64,000 nt of DNA, from NCBI GenBank assembly GCA_001179505.1, contig CDMY01000305.1, positions 434,001 to 498,000 of the forward strand. Reading direction: 5' to 3'. This document shows, piece after piece, positions 11,712 to 26,021 of the stretch. Position 1 is the stretch's first letter, and the number at the start of each line of letters is the position of its first letter. Source of the stretch: Vitrella brassicaformis CCMP3155 (taxonomy: Eukaryota; Protista; Chromerida). A program made the position numbers and the translations under genes. The notes below the pieces were generated by a model. It saw only the letters and a list, made by a program, of their open reading frames with translations, was not told the DNA's origin and ran no database searches.

Positions 11712-13236
11712 ATGGTGGACCACAGCGACGCGAGAATGCGGAACATCTGCAGGAGAACGGTGAGCACACACGCCTTCTTTTCCTCCAACGGACACTCAGC
11801 ACTGCCGGTGCTGTGCGTGGCTTGCTGCAATGCCTGCAGGCCGACAGCTACCTGGACCGTGCAGAGGCACTGTATGACTCGGCTGCTTTCGTCTACAACG
11901 GCACCATCGACGGCATCAGGGTGAGTGCGCAGGCATACAGGGAGGAGATTAATTAAGACACTGACGTCCTGACCTGCCTTTTGCGGTGGTGCAGACTGAG
12001 CGTCTGACGGTGCCGGGCCACCCTCCAGTCTTCCGCGGCTCCATCGACATTCCCCTGTCGACGGGCGTCACATTCACAGACGCATTCCAATACCTCAAAG
12101 ACCTCGAGCGGCGATGGTAGACGGAACGGGACTCTCACTTATGGGACGAAGGCACCCCTCCAGCTACCTACCGGCCATTGTCTGTGTGTGGTGTGGTGCA
12201 GTGAGTTTGACGCCATGTGTGAGGATTCGGTGTTTTTGCATCGGTATGAGGGCGAGAGCATCATGTCGTACCAGTCGTTTAGAGGCATGTACGGGCTCGA
12301 CGGCAGAGAATTCTATCTGATCGGGTGAGCACCCACAGACACACACACACACGCATTGCATTGGATTGATCCGTCTCTTATCTTGTTGTCTCTCTTGTTG
12401 CCATCCATGCCACCAGATTTGAGCGGTGGCCGAGTGCCGACCATGTGGTCCTCGCCGGCGGCAGCCCCAACGCCGCGGCCCCCCACCCCCTCCCCTCCTT
12501 CACTCCCACATCCAAGCCCACCCTCAGGGCCCTCACATCCACCATGGAGCGGCTCAAGGCCGCCCGCACACGCAACAGCAGGGCGGCCCTCAAGCGCCAT
12601 CACACCGGCCACATCTACCTGGCCTCATACGACATCGAGCTGGACGAGCGGGCCGGCGTCCTGCGGCTGCGGGCTCTCTCCCAGACGGACTTGGGCCGGC
12701 TGCCGCAGTGGATTCAGAACATGGTGACGACCAAGCATGTGACTTCACTGAGACGGATCGCAGAGAACCTGACGGCGATCGCAGCGACGGCCCGGCGAGG
12801 GGAGGGAGAGACAGAGCCAGACGGGCTGCCGACGGATGCGTCATGCTCGCCGTCGAGCGACGTGGAAGTCATGTCGACGTGCACGTGGATGGCCCTTGCG
12901 AGCACTGCCGTGGCGTCGAGCGACGCGACGGCTGTCAGCGATGGAGATGGCCTGTCGCCCATTCACAACCGGGGCGAGGGGGCCAGGGCCGACGGGGCGT
13001 TTTGCTGGGATGACGAAGGGCTCGCGACAGAGGCGGAAGGCAGCCTGGCTCAGCAGGTGCGCAGCGCACAGACAGACAGACCACTGTCGCTTGCGCAACA
13101 TCTGACCTGCATTTCTCTGTTTGCTGTGTGGGGCTTGCCTTGCTCGTTTCAGGTTCATTGTTTGTGTGCGCCGGCTCTGATGGATGGCCGGTCGTGTGTG
13201 GGCGGCCTCTGGCGAGAAGGGGAAGGGCGCTGCTGA
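11712..13236 (+). CDS. START/SRPBCC lipid-binding domain protein with a low-complexity C-terminal extension
   Basis: In-phase exons: MVDHSD..|ADSYLD..NGTIDGIR|..PVFRGSIDIP..FQYLKDLERRC|EFDAMCED..MSYQSFRGMYGLDGREFYLIG|FERW..VVLAGGS..GHIYLASYDIE..RALSQTDLGRLPQWIQN. The pattern resembles the START R-x-x-W-D, RDF and DPxGxxPxW elements. Confidence 0.7.
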
Positions 13237-14627
13237 CAGGCAGGCAGGCGGGCAGACAGAGGGGCATACACACAGGCAGTCCGGCCGGTTGGGTGTGTGC
13301 GTGTTGACGTACCTTTTGGATGAAGAAGCGGTCTCGCCGGCCACCCTGGGTGCCTGCCGCCGCATCAGCGATGGCCGGTGGTGGCTCATTGGATTTCTTC
13401 GTCCCGTCCGTCGAGCTGATGATGAAGACACAGATGATTTTCGTGCTGATACATCCACACACACACACAGAGAGAGAGAGAGAGATACATGCATATTGAT
13501 AAATTGGTCCTGTGGATATAACAAAGCACACCGCATAGGGGTGTCTATGTCTGTACTCTTGTTAAAGGGCAGCAGGGAGCGAAAGAGGGAGAGCTGTGTG
13601 TGTGTGGTGTAAAGAGGAGATGGCCAGATGGTCTTTGAATCCCCCCCGCCTGAGTGATTGAGTGATTGAGTGGTCTGTGGCTCGCCCCACCCCGCCCCTG
13701 TCTGATGAGATAGATGCATGCCGCGTAGAACGAACGCCTGAGAGAGGTTTTGTAGTGTTCTCTCTGATGGATGGATGGATGGCGGGGTGTGATGTGATGT
13801 GATGCTATGTGTTGTGTTGTTATGTGTTGTGATGTTTTGGAGGGCCGCTGGATGATATCGATGAGCATTCTATGCTATGCTATGGTGTCTTATATATACT
13901 CGTGTATGGTATGTAGTGTCTGTCTCTGCTAGTGGGCTGCGTCGATGGCCGCACCTCAGTAGCTAAGCAGCACAGCACAGAACGCACCGAAGCCGACGGC
14001 TCGCCTCTCTCTCTCTCTTGTGTCATGTCCAAGTGTCCCCGGGGCACTTACACACACACACATGCACATGAGGGGCCATGCCTTGCAGGTGGCGGCCTGC
14101 CCATCGATGGGTGGAGGGACACACATGGCCGCCGGCGTGCGTCTGTCCACTCATTGATCAAATGCCTCCATTCCATGCATCTGTGTGCCCTGCATTTGAC
14201 TTTTGGTGACTCATCCTCTCTCTCTCTCTCTCTCTCTCTCCAGGAGAGGAGCCTGGATTGCATTGCATTGCATGTGTGGAGGGTGGATGGGCGGTTTTGA
14301 TGAATTCCTCTGGTACCTCTGGTATAGACTCATAGACAGACAGACAACATCATGCGCTTTCGTGCATGCGCGTGTCACAGTCGTAGTTGCGTACACACCG
14401 TACACGCCGTGTGGTGTGGTATCCAGCAGGGTGGGTGGGTAGGGGGGGGTTGTTATGTTTGAGTACGTACGCGCTTGTCGGGCCTGTGAGGGGACACACT
14501 CATGCATGGCTGGCTGAAGGCGTACTTTTTAAAACTCAGCGGTGTCTCGTGGATCGCTCCCATTCTCGACTTTCTCCCATCTCTCCCCATCTCTCCCCCA
14601 AATCCCATCGCCTCGCCGCATTCAACC

Positions 14628-17600
14628 ATGGCGGAACGACACACTGTCACATTTCGTTCCTTGTCTGGCTCTGCAGCATCAGCCACCGAAGAAGACCTCA
14701 GGCAGCTCGGCCTCAAGGTCAGGCCCTTCGCGTCCCTCGCCGCCCCCTCCCGCCTCCCCCCTGTGCCCATTACATCCGTCCTACTCCCAAAGGTGCCCTT
14801 CCAGTCCTTTGCGTCAGTGCCCACACGAGAAGTGGACCTCACAATGAGTCCGAGCCGAAACGCGTCCTTTCTCACGGCCAGAGGAGGCAACGACAATCCC
14901 ATTGGCAAGGGGCGCCTGGTCAACGCGGGCGTTCCCCCTGCGCCAGCCGCTAGTTTGGCAGTGAGTATGACGAACATGAGTGTGGTGTCTGAGGGAGCCG
15001 AGGGGGAGGAGGAGAGGAGCCCGGTGGTGGTGGTTCCCCGACTGGCCCTCCCGGCTGGGAGGAAAGCCAAGGTCAATGACTGGTTCACTCACACAGGTGG
15101 GTGTAGGAAAGAAGAAAGGACGACAGACACAGATGGATGCACGTGTGATTCATGGTCTTCTCCCTTGGCTGGCTTCAGGGCGCAAGCGGTATGCAACGTT
15201 CTCCTTTTCCCTTGTGCTGCCGAGCATCAGCACTGCACGACAGCCTATACACGTGGGTGGGGTGGATGAGCCGCAGACAATGCTCTCTAACGTCACCAGG
15301 CAGGTACACGGCGGAGCGCTCATACGGGAGACACACACATGTTCATATGGATATATGCATTCGTCTGTGTGGTGGTCAGAGCAATGCAGCCCGTGCCCTT
15401 GAGGCGGCGGAGTTGAGGCAGACTGAGGAGCGGAAGAAGCTGCTAGATCTGGAGAGACAAAGGGGAGCATCTTCCGATACCATCCTGGAGAAAGGTGGAC
15501 TTCGGGAGAGGAAAAGCTCTCCCATGTGTCTCATGTCCCGATTTGTAGATGTTTTCGACCGGTACCGTGAATTCCTATTCCACCAACAGCCGCAGGGTTT
15601 CTCCCCCTCCCTCCTGCCTCCCCTGCTCGACTACCGGGACCTCCAGCCGTCCCCCGCGCTCCTCGTGCCGGCAACCGACAGCAGCGGCAGCAGCAGCAGC
15701 AGTGCCACCATGCACACCCTCCCCTCCCTCACAGACATGGCCGAGCACCGCCGGCAGCGCAAGAGAGGCCGGCACTTCGACTTCAGCCTCAATGAGAGGG
15801 CGGAGCTGCTGCGGGCAATCCAGTGGTACAACCAGGCGTCAGGTTGGCAGTGGGAGGGGGTGGTGGGGCGGAATGTGTTCTGCCGGTTTGTGGTGAATCT
15901 GGAGCTGCCTGGTCTTGAGACGAGCGGTCAGCTGTGGAGCGAATTCATCGACCGCTTCTTGTGGGTGGCCTGGGTGTTCGACGCTCATGCGACCATCATA
16001 CATGTCACGCGGCCACACCTGGTCATCATGCAGGTCAGTGACCGAGTGAATGGGGAGGAGAATCGATCTCTGTCTGTCTGTCTGTCTGTCTGTGTCTATT
16101 CCTGAGTCTCTCCCTCTGTGTGCTGTGCTGCCTTTAGAGGGGCCGGTCTGTGCTGACGAAAGCTCAATTCCTTTCTGTGATGGCAGAAGTCTTGGGGCAC
16201 CTCATGCAGCCGGTAAGTGCAATGCGCTCCCTCTGCTCGCCCACTCACACACACTCCACATCTCTCTCTCTCCCTCTCTCCCCTCCCCCCCATCTCTCTC
16301 GACAGATTCAGTCGAGGATGGAGTACTTCATCAGCTACCACCTCAAACGAGCCGTCCAGCGGGTGGCCCCCTCGCTGCTCGCCCGAAGCCCCACCTCCTC
16401 ACACCCACTCACCGACCACCAGGACTCACACACGCCACAGGGACTGCCACCAGCAGCAGCAAAGGGCAGGATGGGAGACAGGGAAGGCGGCACAATCAGG
16501 AGGAGAGGCTCACCGAAGGTGTGTGTTCTTGCGTTTCTGTGTGGTCGGCCCTTGTGCTTGGATGGATGAGTGTCTTTGCCTGTGTGTGTGTGTGTGTGTG
16601 TGTGTCTCAGGACAAGGAGAGCCGTAAGAGGGGGACTAAGGTCAGGAGGGACCCCGAGGGCGACCCCAGGGCGACACAGAGGCCCGACAAACGAATGGAC
16701 GCGGCGAGGCACAAAGTTATGGGGGTCAAGGCCATCAAAGACGCACCAAAAGCCGGGGCTGACGATGAGGTACACACAGCCACCCCATCTCTCGGACCCC
16801 TCCCCTCCCAGCCCCATTGTGTAGTGCGTCTCATTTGTGCAGACGGTGTCCACAGTGCCGACAGTCCGCATATTTCGGCACGTGCGTTACATGCTGCTAG
16901 AGCCGGAGGTGCTCGTCATGTGTGCCGCCCTCCTGCCAATCTTCAAGCGGCTCTTTGCCGTCTACACAGCGATGCCGCCCAAAGAATCGGGAGGCGCACA
17001 GCTGACTGACAGCAAGGCCAGCGGCTGGAGCGATGCTTCCATGCTGGGTGGGTGGGTGCGATGAGCGTTGGGCGTCCACCAGTCGGTTCATGTGTGTGCG
17101 TCTGCAGGTCACATGACTCAGCGTGAGTTCGTGGTCTTCTGTGTCGACTTCGACATTATCCCCCGTCTGTGCCATCGCAGCCGGGCGGCGGAAATATACA
17201 ACGACTCGCAGTGCCTCACATTCGTGGAGAGGAGGACATCATCGGATATCGCTGTCGCGCCCAGGCTACACAGGCGAGCATGGAGACCACCCTCCCCTCC
17301 CCACCCCACACACATGCACGCATAAGATGGTCATCTGTGTGTGTGTGTGTGTGTGTCTGTGTTTGTTGTCTTATCAGGTCAGCCACCGACAGCAATGTGT
17401 CTCTGGACTACCTGTCGACACACGCCATAGATGAGGAGACACAGAAGGACGACCAGGCAGCAGCAGCAGCAGCAGCGGATGACGCCAAGACCCCGCCGCC
17501 CTCCACGAACCCGCAGCAGAAGAGGTCGTCCATGGTGATCACCGGCACACAGCAGCAGGAGGCCCCTCCCGCCCTGCCCACACCACCACAGCCGACTTCC

Positions 17601-18928
17601 AAAGACAACAAGAAAGCCTTAGGGGCCGCAAAGGTGCTGGCTCCCTTGGCGTACGCGCGTCAGAATGGAGGATATGGACCGACTTTGTGGTGGGTGTGTG
17701 GTGCATGCAGGTGGGGGCTGGCGGCCGACGGCAGACGGGCAAGGACGAGAGGCCACCAGCGGTTGGAAGGGGGGTGGCTGACGCGCCGCCGGGCAAGAAA
17801 CGGGCTGACGTCAACAAACTGAACAAAGTACGTACAATTGTGGGGACAGCAGCCACTTGGTCGATGGATGGATGACATACATATCGGCCGGCGTGTGCGT
17901 GTGTTCCGACTGCGTGTGCGTGCAGCGGTTTGCGGTGGCGTCTCTGATGGAGACCGTCCTGAAGATTGCCTTCCTGTATCTCCACCACTACAGCACACAG
18001 CCACAAATGGTACACACACATTCATGCCTTGCCTACACGGATGTGTCCACTCATTGGGTGGGTGGGATGCTTCAGGCGTCTTCCTCCTATGTCAAGGTGG
18101 TGTGGCTCTACACCTTCCTTCTCTCACGCATCCACCACGTCAGGCAGCTGCAGCAGCATCAAGGCGCAGCCAGCGACCCTCGGTCGTCCCGCGCCGGGAC
18201 GGGCGTGACGGGATCGGCCGTCATGGGCAAAAGGGAAGGTCAGTATGTGTGTATCGGGATACATACGGCAGCAGGGAGACACGAACACCCACATTCCTCC
18301 GGGCGTGTGTGTGTGGTGTGTGTCTGCAGTGAGAAGCCCCAAGCTGCGAGAAGTTGCCAGTCAGCCAGAGATCTTCGAGGTGAGTACGCTCACACACGAC
18401 GAGAGACACCAGGACTTCTTCCTTTTGGTGTTTTGCATTCCTCAGCTGGACGCCCTGGTGACGTCGCTCATCCGTCAGAAGCTGGCCATCCAGCCATCGG
18501 CCCGCGACGCCCCCTCCCCCTCAATCTCTCCCACAGCCTCCTACCTGCCCCTCCTGAAGAGCGCCCGGCCCTCACCCCGCCCACCACCCGACGTCAGCAG
18601 CAGCTCATCCCTCTCCCACCTTCCCCAGCACTTCTCGCTGTCACCAGAGGAGTTTGTGTGGGAGAGACAGGTGGAAGCACGCACCCTCGAGGCACTCATG
18701 GCCAGGGTCAAGCAGAGTGGGGCTGGTGGGGGCGGGGGCGGGGGCGGTGTGTCGCCCGTCAGCCGCAGACAGAAGGGTGGGAGGGGTTCGTCAACTGCGA
18801 CGGTGGGGGACTTGCGTTTGTTTGTGGGTGTGGTTGGGTCTGGTATAGAGGGTGCGATGAACTGCAAGATGGGGGCGGGTGAGAAGGACGCTGTGCTCAT
18901 GCCCCTCGTTGCCGAGAGCTCCACCTGA
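14628..18928 (+). CDS. Large multi-exon hypothetical protein
   Basis: Long codon-biased exons with GT-AG boundaries. Conserved-looking helical blocks include MTQREFVVFCVDFDIIPRLC, CAALLPIFKRLFAVY and LMETVLKIAFLYL. No function assigned. Confidence 0.6.
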
Positions 18929-18987
18929 ATGTGATGTGATGCGACTCTGACGTGTGCTGTACTGTGCTTGGGGGGGGGGGGGGGGGG

Positions 18988-19287
18988 NNNNNNNNNNNNN
19001 NNNNNNNNNNNNNNNNNNNNNNNNNNNNNNNNNNNNNNNNNNNNNNNNNNNNNNNNNNNNNNNNNNNNNNNNNNNNNNNNNNNNNNNNNNNNNNNNNNNN
19101 NNNNNNNNNNNNNNNNNNNNNNNNNNNNNNNNNNNNNNNNNNNNNNNNNNNNNNNNNNNNNNNNNNNNNNNNNNNNNNNNNNNNNNNNNNNNNNNNNNNN
19201 NNNNNNNNNNNNNNNNNNNNNNNNNNNNNNNNNNNNNNNNNNNNNNNNNNNNNNNNNNNNNNNNNNNNNNNNNNNNNNNNNNNNNNN
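18988..19287. other. Assembly gap of 300 N flanked by poly-G
   Basis: N run with G homopolymers on both sides. Confidence 0.99.
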
Positions 19288-19689
19288 GGGGGGGGGACAG
19301 GGAGGGTGAGGGAGGGAGAGTTTGGACGGACTACTGCACTGAGTGTGTTGTTGTTAAGTGCTCTTTGATGCATGCTGTCTGAAATTCTGCTTTGACAGAG
19401 ACCGGTGCTCAAGCACACGTGGAGACGTTGGTTGAGTGAGACAGTCGCATAAAGCTTGCACACACACCTCACTCTCTACACACAGACATGAACGCACGCG
19501 CGTCTGTCTTTCGTCTCATCTCATCTTCTGCTGTGCCTTGACGCCGCCCCGGCTCACGGGTCCATCGGCTAGCTGCTCACATGACCGATGGAGTGGTGAC
19601 CCTGAGGTCCGTCAGGCACACTCGGGTCGTCCATCAAACCGGGCTCCCAAACTCCTCATCACGTCTCTTGCTTCGTCCAGTGGATGGAT

Positions 19690-21862
19690 CTATCTGTCTA
19701 GTCTTGACTCCACCAGCTGTCCGTCAGGCCGCAGGCAAAAGGCCTCCATCTCGCCCAACACCAACCCGCTCGCCTACACACACACAGGATAACAACCACA
19801 GCAACAGACAGACAGACAGACAGTACCCCCATTGGATGGATGCATGGATGTGTGTGTGCATGTGCCCGCGACCCACATACATACCAGTTCGACGCCCTGT
19901 TGGTCATCCTGCCGCTCGGCCTCGGCGAAGGCACATGGCGGGGTGGTGTGTGTGGCGACGTCGTCCTGCTCCTCCTGTTGCCCAGCTGCATGGCCGCCCA
20001 GCTGCCTCCTTCGCAGCTGTCCCAGGTGGATCAGATACACGTGGTGGCTGTTGCGGCCGGTCCGTCGACGAGTGGCCATCCGACTGCACCCGACACGCAT
20101 ACACACATGCGTCGATGAGGTGCCATTATTGGATCTCATGTCAGTGCACTGCGTGTTGTCCTCACCGAGCAAACGTCTCCAGGACAAGGATGCGACCGCA
20201 CAGCAGGCCGAAATGGGACACCTGTTGAGGCAGCCAAAGGCATATGAGAACTGCGGGAGCTCTCCACTGTCTGCCTCTCTCTCTGACCTTTCCCTGAATT
20301 CCAACGAGCGGTAGTCGAATGACTGCTGTGGGCAGCACGCCGTCCTCACGGATCATCCGCTGCCAGGGGGGCAGCCCACCCCGCCACCCCGTCCACTTGA
20401 GCCGTATCTCTTCGCAAGACGTCGGCCCCTCCTGCTGCGTGCCCTCGTGTTCGACGGACGCCTCCCTCTCCCACGCAACGACCCCCTCGTCGGCGTACAG
20501 GCGGCTGACGGCCGTCCCGTCACCCACTACCAGCTGTGTGTATCCGCACCCTCCCTCTTGCCGTGATGTCGATGTGGCTGGTGTGTGGGGTGAAAGCCGC
20601 CATGTGTGGATGTTGCCGAGGTCATCTGAGGCAATGACGTGATGCGCACTGAGCTCCACGTCCGTCAGCATGGTGTCGCGCGGGAGGGCCAGACGAGAGA
20701 TGCGCCGGGCGCGCTGGACGTCCCAAATGTCGATATGCGCCGTCGTGGAAGCAGCCGTGCTCCCCTCCTGCTGCTGCTGCAGCTGCATGGTGCCCAGCTC
20801 GCTGGTGTCCCATTGCGTGGACCACACGGCCAGATAGACAGACGGCGGAAAGGCGCAATTTGTCAGCTTGAACGACTGACACCGATCAGTCAGATGATGG
20901 TCCTCTTCGCCATCCCTCCTGGTGCTGCCCTGCTGCATCAGTTGTGAGAGCATCGCGGCGGCCGTGCTGGCGGGAGACGGCGCAGGGTGCGGTGGCAAGC
21001 TGGTGGTGGATAGGGGAAGGGCGAATGTGGGCGCGCCTGTGTTGGCGTTGAGGACGAAGCAGTGGTCGGACCTGCTGGTGGTGCAGGCGAACACTGGGGG
21101 AGAGGGAGGGGACGCCTCCTGCAGGTTCAGGAAGACGAAGTACTGGACAAAAGGGCCGAACGACCACCTTAGCTCAGAGCCGTCAAGCGCCCAGACCTGA
21201 CACGCGCACAGACACACATATTGGAAGCATGCCCGTGTGCAGACAGATGTACGTACCTCTTTCCATGTGGCCATATCGTCATCTCCACTAGAATCGGTCT
21301 GCTCGACCGTCACGGTGAGCACCAAGCTCTCGATGACAGGGAAGATCTCCACATCACGGACCTTCCTCTCCACTTTCTCTGGTGCATCCCCTCTTGCAGA
21401 CCGATAGACCCACTCCCGCGCCGTGCCATCCCTGAGATTCTCCACCAGCACATCCAGCCGCTCGGTGTCCACAAAGCAGCACAGGGACGACCGCACGTCG
21501 AACAAGCCCTTCTGTGCCCGTGACACCAGTCGTGAGCGGGCGTCGCCGTCGTGCCTGACCATCACGGGCGCCACGCCATCTCTCGCCTTGCTCATTGTCG
21601 AGTAGCACACGCGGCATACGTCCATCCACGAGGGCGCGGCGCCCCGCTGCAGCCCCTCGTAGGCGTGCATCATCGACGGGTCAGCGCTTAATCCGTCGTT
21701 GATGTAGAGAGGGCGGATGATGGCGCGTTCGGGTGTTTGCTGGACGTGCTGGTGCCATGGAGAGCAGACGCACACCATGTTCCTCAGGTCTGTGAGGGCA
21801 GCGGGGCCGGGGAGAGAGAGGATGATCTCGGTCAGCGGCGCTGGAGGCAGACCTTCCCACAT
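19690..21862 (-). CDS. F-box-like protein with a C-terminal beta-rich (WD40-like) region
   Basis: The N-terminus MWEGLPPAPLTEIILSL..DLRNMVCVCSPWHQ fits the F-box pattern (LP.E(I/L)...I...L...DL.....VC+.W). Later HIDIWDV and DDLGNIHTWRL resemble propeller strands. The 3' end is approximate. Confidence 0.65.
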
Positions 21863-21922
21863 CAGTCAACGGTGAGATCTGTAGCCAGGCGAAAATGAGG
21901 GATTAACTTACGATGACTTTGC

Positions 21923-24900
21923 ATGTCCTCGGGCGCCCAGAAAAGACGTACAAAGATCGTGAAGTTGCAGGGTTCTAAACCCTTGAACCCCAGCCCTGAA
22001 TTCATTGTCTTCATGATTCGGCGCGAGGATTCGGATAGCAGCGACGACAGCGATGCCCCCTTCTTCTGGAGAGTGATCGGCCGCCAACGCGATGACAGCA
22101 GCGAGGAGGAAGATGTCCCAGTTCGCTGCCCACTCTCCCACAGCGAGGTAGCAGAGGTGGAGGGAGCTGGCGGAGATGCGGCCAAGGGAGGCAGTTCCCC
22201 GGAGCTCGACGGCGGTGGCGGCGAAGACGAGGATGGAAGGAGTGCGGGGCCGCGTGATCGCCGTCAGTATCTGCCGAGCATCACCGAGTGGAACAAAGAA
22301 CGCAAGCAACTGGCACTGCAGTGAGCGGCACACGAAAAGATGATGGGTAGCAACGGCGTATATGGTACAAAGTTGTGAATGGGATCATGTCCGGTGAATG
22401 TGTGCACTGCAGGGAGTATGTCTGCGCGCAGGACGTGAGGCGCCATTTGGCACAACCCAAGCTCCTCGACGCCGCACTGGTGCGTGCGGGGCTGAAAGAT
22501 ACCGAATGGATCCATACGCTGTACACGTCGTGTGTCTTTCTTCTCTTCCAACAGGGAGAGGATCTGCTCAGGGAGGATGAGGACCTGACAGCTGCACGGC
22601 GACAGGTACTTACTGCAGGGCCCGCGGAGAAATCCACAATGAGCACACCACTCCGCTGTCCCGTTCGTTGCATGTGCGCGTGTGTGCAGTGGGAGAGTCA
22701 TTTGTGGGGTCAGATATCTTGTCTGAAGGAGCAGGTGGGCGGACTCATCGACCGGTGGACTGTCGAAGAGCAGCAGCAGCGGGAGCAACTCAAACACACC
22801 ACCGAACAGGTCAATACCAGACGATTTGTGACGCATGCTTGAGTGATGCCCGACACGTGTGGGTGGGTGCAGTCGCTGGCCACCTTCAAAGAGGTGGCAA
22901 GACAGGAGTTCGACATACTCGCCAAAGAGGAGGTGGCACTGCGCAAACAAGAGGCGCCCTCACACATGTATGTATGATGCACGTCCGCGTGTCCGATTGC
23001 AGGCAGCACTGTCCGCCGGTCTGAAGGACCTGAGCCGCCGCGTCCACAGCTGGACTGACGGGCCCCCCACGCCGCACAGCAGCAGACCACGGCCATCACG
23101 ACCTGCATCCGCGAGGCAAGGCAACCGCACAGAACATGCTGCAGCACACCAGAAGAAGACATTCCTTCCGCCCTTGCTGTTTGTTGCAGGGTGCGAGGTT
23201 CCTCGTTGTCGCATCGCAACTCTGGCGACCTTGGTCCGTCACAGGGCACGCTGACATCGACGGCGGCTCGTCTGCGGCTGTGGCGAGAGCAGTCTGAGCA
23301 CCCCAGGAGCAGGGGAAGGAGGAAGGCACTGTCCATCAAGGACCAGTTAGAGCAAGGTCGGCAGCACCAGGCAGCGGGCATCACAGCGCCATGGTGCGTA
23401 TCCTGTTTCCTTGCTGTTGGTTTGCAGCATTGGCGTGCCTGGAGGGCGTGAAGGAGGAGCTGAGGGGCGTTGACAAGGAGATTGAAACCAAGGGCGGCAT
23501 ACTGGTGTGTTACGAATAACCCACCCGCACCACACACAAACATGAGTGTGTTGAAATGAAATATGCAGGGTGGCTGGAGAGAGGATGACCACCAGATCTT
23601 CCTGAAGGTCAAGACCGCCTGCCGTGACCACATACACACACAGGTACATCCATCCATCCATCCACCTTCATGGCCGCCATATCTCCGTTTCTGCAGTCTT
23701 TCATGGACCGGCTGCTCTTGTCGCTTCCCAGTCGGACTCGCGAGGAGGCCGCGGCGCACATTGAGTGGTACGACCACTTCGCCATCCTGCAGGCGGAGCG
23801 GCGGCTGCTCATACAGAAGTGGCGGTCCCTCAAGCAGCAGATACACAGGCACCAGAGTAGACTGCAGCACAGCGAGGAGGCCAAAGACCCGCTGCTCGAT
23901 GACATGCACGTACACACAACACAGGCGGACGGGGTGCCACATGGGTGATCAAGTCAAGTCGATGTGTGTTTCCTTCCCTTCCTTCAGCTGACGCCAGCGG
24001 AGGAGCGCTATCGCAGAGAAAAGCAGGAGGCAAGCTAAGCTCGATGGATGTATCAGAAGAGTCCGAACGAAGATGGCCATGTGTTTCTGCCTTTCTGTCT
24101 GTGTTGCCCTGTGAATGGCTGGCAGGAGAGAGAGAGTCGCCAACAGGAGGCCAAGAGGCGGAGAGTGCAGGAGTGGAGACACATGAAAAGTGAGCTCTTC
24201 AAGTGGAGCCAGCCAGTCCATCTCTTGGCAACCCCACACCATGTATACCGTGGGCATCAGACAGACACAACTGATGTGTGTGTGTATGCTTCAGATACGG
24301 AGGAGGCCCAGCGTCGCGAGGAGGAGGAGAAGCGGAGAAAGGAGGAACAGCGCAGACACAAACTGCGCTCTCGGAGGTAATGCATGTGATGAGAGAGACT
24401 GCAGACGGAGAGACCAACATACTTGACTTGCTCATTTGGCTGGCGTCTGCACACATGCGTGTCTCTCTGTCTGTCTGTCTGTCTGTCTGTCTGCAGGGAA
24501 GCGGAAGAGCGGCGAGTGCTCCTGCGGGCCATCTACCACCACAAACAACAACAGCAGTACATCCAGCAGGTCAGTCACCAGCCAGACACACAGACAGAGA
24601 CACACGAAGGCAGGCCAAGGGATGATGTAACATGTCGTGTCCCAGCTGGCTGATGCCGCCAAGGCGACCATGAGGCCCACACTAACTGCCGAGGACAGAC
24701 AGCGACTGAGGGATCGCGAGCAACAGTGAGTTGGTTGAATCCCTCCCGCATCATTTGGCCCACCCTATAGATATGTCACCCACATCTTACCTATCAGGTT
24801 GTTTGAGCGTCGTTTGCGTGACGTAGAGGAGCTCCGGCGGCGCTCACAGTCGCAGGCCGCCAGCCCCCACCAGGGCCGGTCGGTCAGTGCGAGATACGCA

Positions 24901-25306
24901 CACATCGACGCCAGACTTCTCGACGACACAGGTAGGTACAATTGTGAATGAATGGATGGATCCATCCATCCGTGTGGGCGGCTTGGCGTCAGTCAGTAAG
25001 CCATTGTTCTGCCTGCCTGTCTGCCCACCATCATGATGCAGAGTCCCATGCGTCTCGTCTCGTGACGATCCAGATTGAGCGGGAGGAGCGCATGGGAATG
25101 CGGCCGTCGGCCCACACAGCAACGTGAGCAACCGAACGCAAATTAAGTGCACCCATCACCCGCCGGTGTCTCCCCGTATCTCTCTCTGTGTGCAGGATCG
25201 CGGGCAGCTTCGGCCACCGTCTGCCCGAGACCACTCGCCGTGTGCGGGCGACGCCCTCCTGGCGCAATGTCGCGGCCGCTGCAAACTCGATGCAGTGACT
25301 GAGTGA
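21923..25306 (+). CDS. CCDC112: Coiled-coil domain-containing protein 112-like
   Basis: GGWREDDHQIFLKV and LPSRTREEAAAHIEWYDHFAILQAERRLLIQKWR match the CCDC112 core (GGW..DH..FLK; H..WY..F..L...KK..I..W) as I recall it. An E/R/K-rich coiled coil follows. Confidence 0.7.
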
Positions 25307-26021
25307 CTGACTGACTGACTGACACAGACCGGGAGACAGGACGGGAGGTCTACCGATGTGCCGTGACGGGGCAGCTGCATGTCGACAACTGGCGTGCCCA
25401 GGGACTCGTGAGCATGTGATGTGCACATGATGTGTGTGAATGAATGGAGTGGGGTCAAACACCTCAACCTCGATTGGTCTGACACACGCCACATCGGCAG
25501 AAAAGAGCTGACTGAAAGGATGAATCACTAGCTAGCTGCAGATGTCGCATCCCGTGCGATCGATGCTGTGCGTGCCGTGTGTCTGTACGTCCGTCCGTCC
25601 GTCCGTCGTGCACTCACTGACTGACACGGATGTTCGGTCATGATATGCTGCAGGTCAGTCAAGTCGTGGGTATTGCAATCATTGACTGATCGAGTGGTCA
25701 ATGGTATGGATGTCTCGCTTCGGAGAAAGTATGTAGCGCTGCGTCCCCTCTCCCCGGTTCATAAAAGAGCCTGCCTGTGATGTGCGTGCGTGTTGTCGTG
25801 TCTTTCCTTCCCCCCGGCCATGCAGCCCAACCCGAAACACATATACATCTTCCCCTTTATCACTCCTGCCGTCCCTCCCTTCCGGCCCCGCCCCCTCATT
25901 AGTTAATTAAGGCATGCCGGTGCCGTGTGTGCCGACACAGAAGCTCAGCGACCGCAGCCACAGACGGCCCTCAGCACCACCGACACCACCCGCACCATCG
26001 CCCCCCGCCGCCCTGCCCATG

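Noticed and set aside
18968-19296. Poly-G tracts flanking both N gaps (also 63471-63802) as G-quadruplex or special elements
   Set aside because: The identical 300-N size and G-run flanks indicate scaffolding gaps at hard-to-sequence homopolymers. The ORFs spanning them are artefacts.
25700-25740. gtctcgcttcggaga resembling the U6 snRNA 5' stem
   Set aside because: The downstream conserved U6 sequence (ACAGAGA box and the rest) is absent.
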